A stretch of DNA of 64,000 bases from Raja brachyura. Taxonomy: Eukaryota. Both the position numbers and the translations under genes were made by a program. This document shows, one piece after another, positions 63,170 through 64,000 of this stretch (positions are counted from its first letter, which is position 1; each line of letters begins with the position of its first letter). The stretch is from NCBI GenBank assembly GCA_963514005.1, contig OY740802.1, positions 32,302,001 to 32,366,000 of the forward strand. Reading direction: 5' to 3'. The notes below the pieces were generated by a model. The model saw only the letters and a list, made by a program, of their open reading frames with translations, had not been told where the DNA came from and made no database searches.

Positions 63170-63810
63170 ATCACACAAAGTTTATTTTCACCTTAATTCT
63201 ACGTCATTTGGTTCTTGATACCTCCACCAACAGGAACAGTATTGCCTAATCTACTCTACTCACGCACTTCGTGATTTTGACATCTCACATTCCATGGCAA
63301 CATCTTCTGTTATAAAACAACCATCGCAGATTCTACAATTTTCCAGATAACTGAAGTCTCGCAACCACTGTAATCACTTGGTCAATCTGGATTAAAATAT
63401 ATGCACATTGTTCCTTTAATAGCACCCAGAACTGGACACAATACTCCAACAGCAGATCAAGTGTTTTATAAAGCTTCATGACTTCTTTGCTCTACTATAC
63501 CTCTTTTGAAAGCACAGGATCCAGTATGCTTCTTTTTTTTAAAAGCCACTTTCATCAATTGATATTGCCACTTTTCATTCTTTATAGCAACATGCAAACT
63601 GTTATATCTCAACATTAAACTTCATCCACCAACCTCCCTATTCCACTAACCTGCCAATGTCTCCTTGAAGATTAATACTACCTTCCCGCTGCGTTATTCC
63701 AGCATTTTGTGCCTACCTTCCAGAGTTCAATTTAGCCTCACCTGCAAATTTGCAAATTATACCCCTTATGCAAATCTGAATTAATAATCTAAAAATGGTC
63801 CTAGTATCTA
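63170..63810 (-). mobile_element. Old CR1 ORF2 fragment
   Basis: cccagaactggacacaatactcca (reverse LEYCVQFW) and cctgcaaatttg (KFA) remnants. Confidence 0.6.
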
Positions 63811-63822
63811 CCAGTGAAAGTA

Positions 63823-63859
63823 CAGTGCCCTCCATAATGTTTGGGACAAAGACCCATCA
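63823..63859 (+). mobile_element. Tc1-like transposon terminus (isolated TIR)
   Basis: TA|cagtgccctccataatgtttgggacaaagac; TA target plus a CAGTG start is typical of Tc1. Confidence 0.5.
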
Positions 63860-64000
63860 CGAGGAAACACTTTTTTTCACAGAGAGTGGTGACTCTGTGG
63901 AATTCTCTGCCTCACAGGGCAGTGGAGGCAGGTTCTCTGGATGCTTTCAAGAGAGAGCTCTTAAAAAGAGGGCCTCTTAAAAAAAGCGGAGACAAAGGAT
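63860..64000 (+). mobile_element. CR1-type LINE 3' fragment (runs off the window)
   Basis: gaggaaacacttttttcacagagagtggtg...ggaattctctgcc; same family as 42378-42642. Confidence 0.85.

Overview
This window is AT-rich vertebrate non-coding DNA, almost certainly from a cartilaginous fish and probably a skate or ray (inferred from HE1 V-SINEs, HER1/CR1 LINEs and DeuSINE relics). I found no host protein-coding exon, tRNA or rRNA gene, so it reads as a large intron or intergenic region dense in transposable elements. The only long ORF (56755-57762) is a 5'-truncated Rex1/Babar reverse transcriptase with a dead catalytic motif, nested inside an older Rex1 copy. Retroelements: Neptune-type Penelope-like element (PLE) fragments plus about 20 short PLE-terminal inserts carrying a minimal hammerhead-ribozyme core; CR1/HER1, RTE and Rex1 LINE fragments; and a young GC-rich non-coding retroelement with a Rex1-type tail. 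DNA elements: three PIF/Harbinger MITEs, a Sola1-like element (ATTT target-site duplication, TSD), a TAG-terminal element with a 7-bp TSD, and Helitron-like elements. There are also several duplication/fold-back repair scars and two assembly gaps. All family names come from recognising motifs by eye, not from database searches, and boundaries of old elements are approximate.
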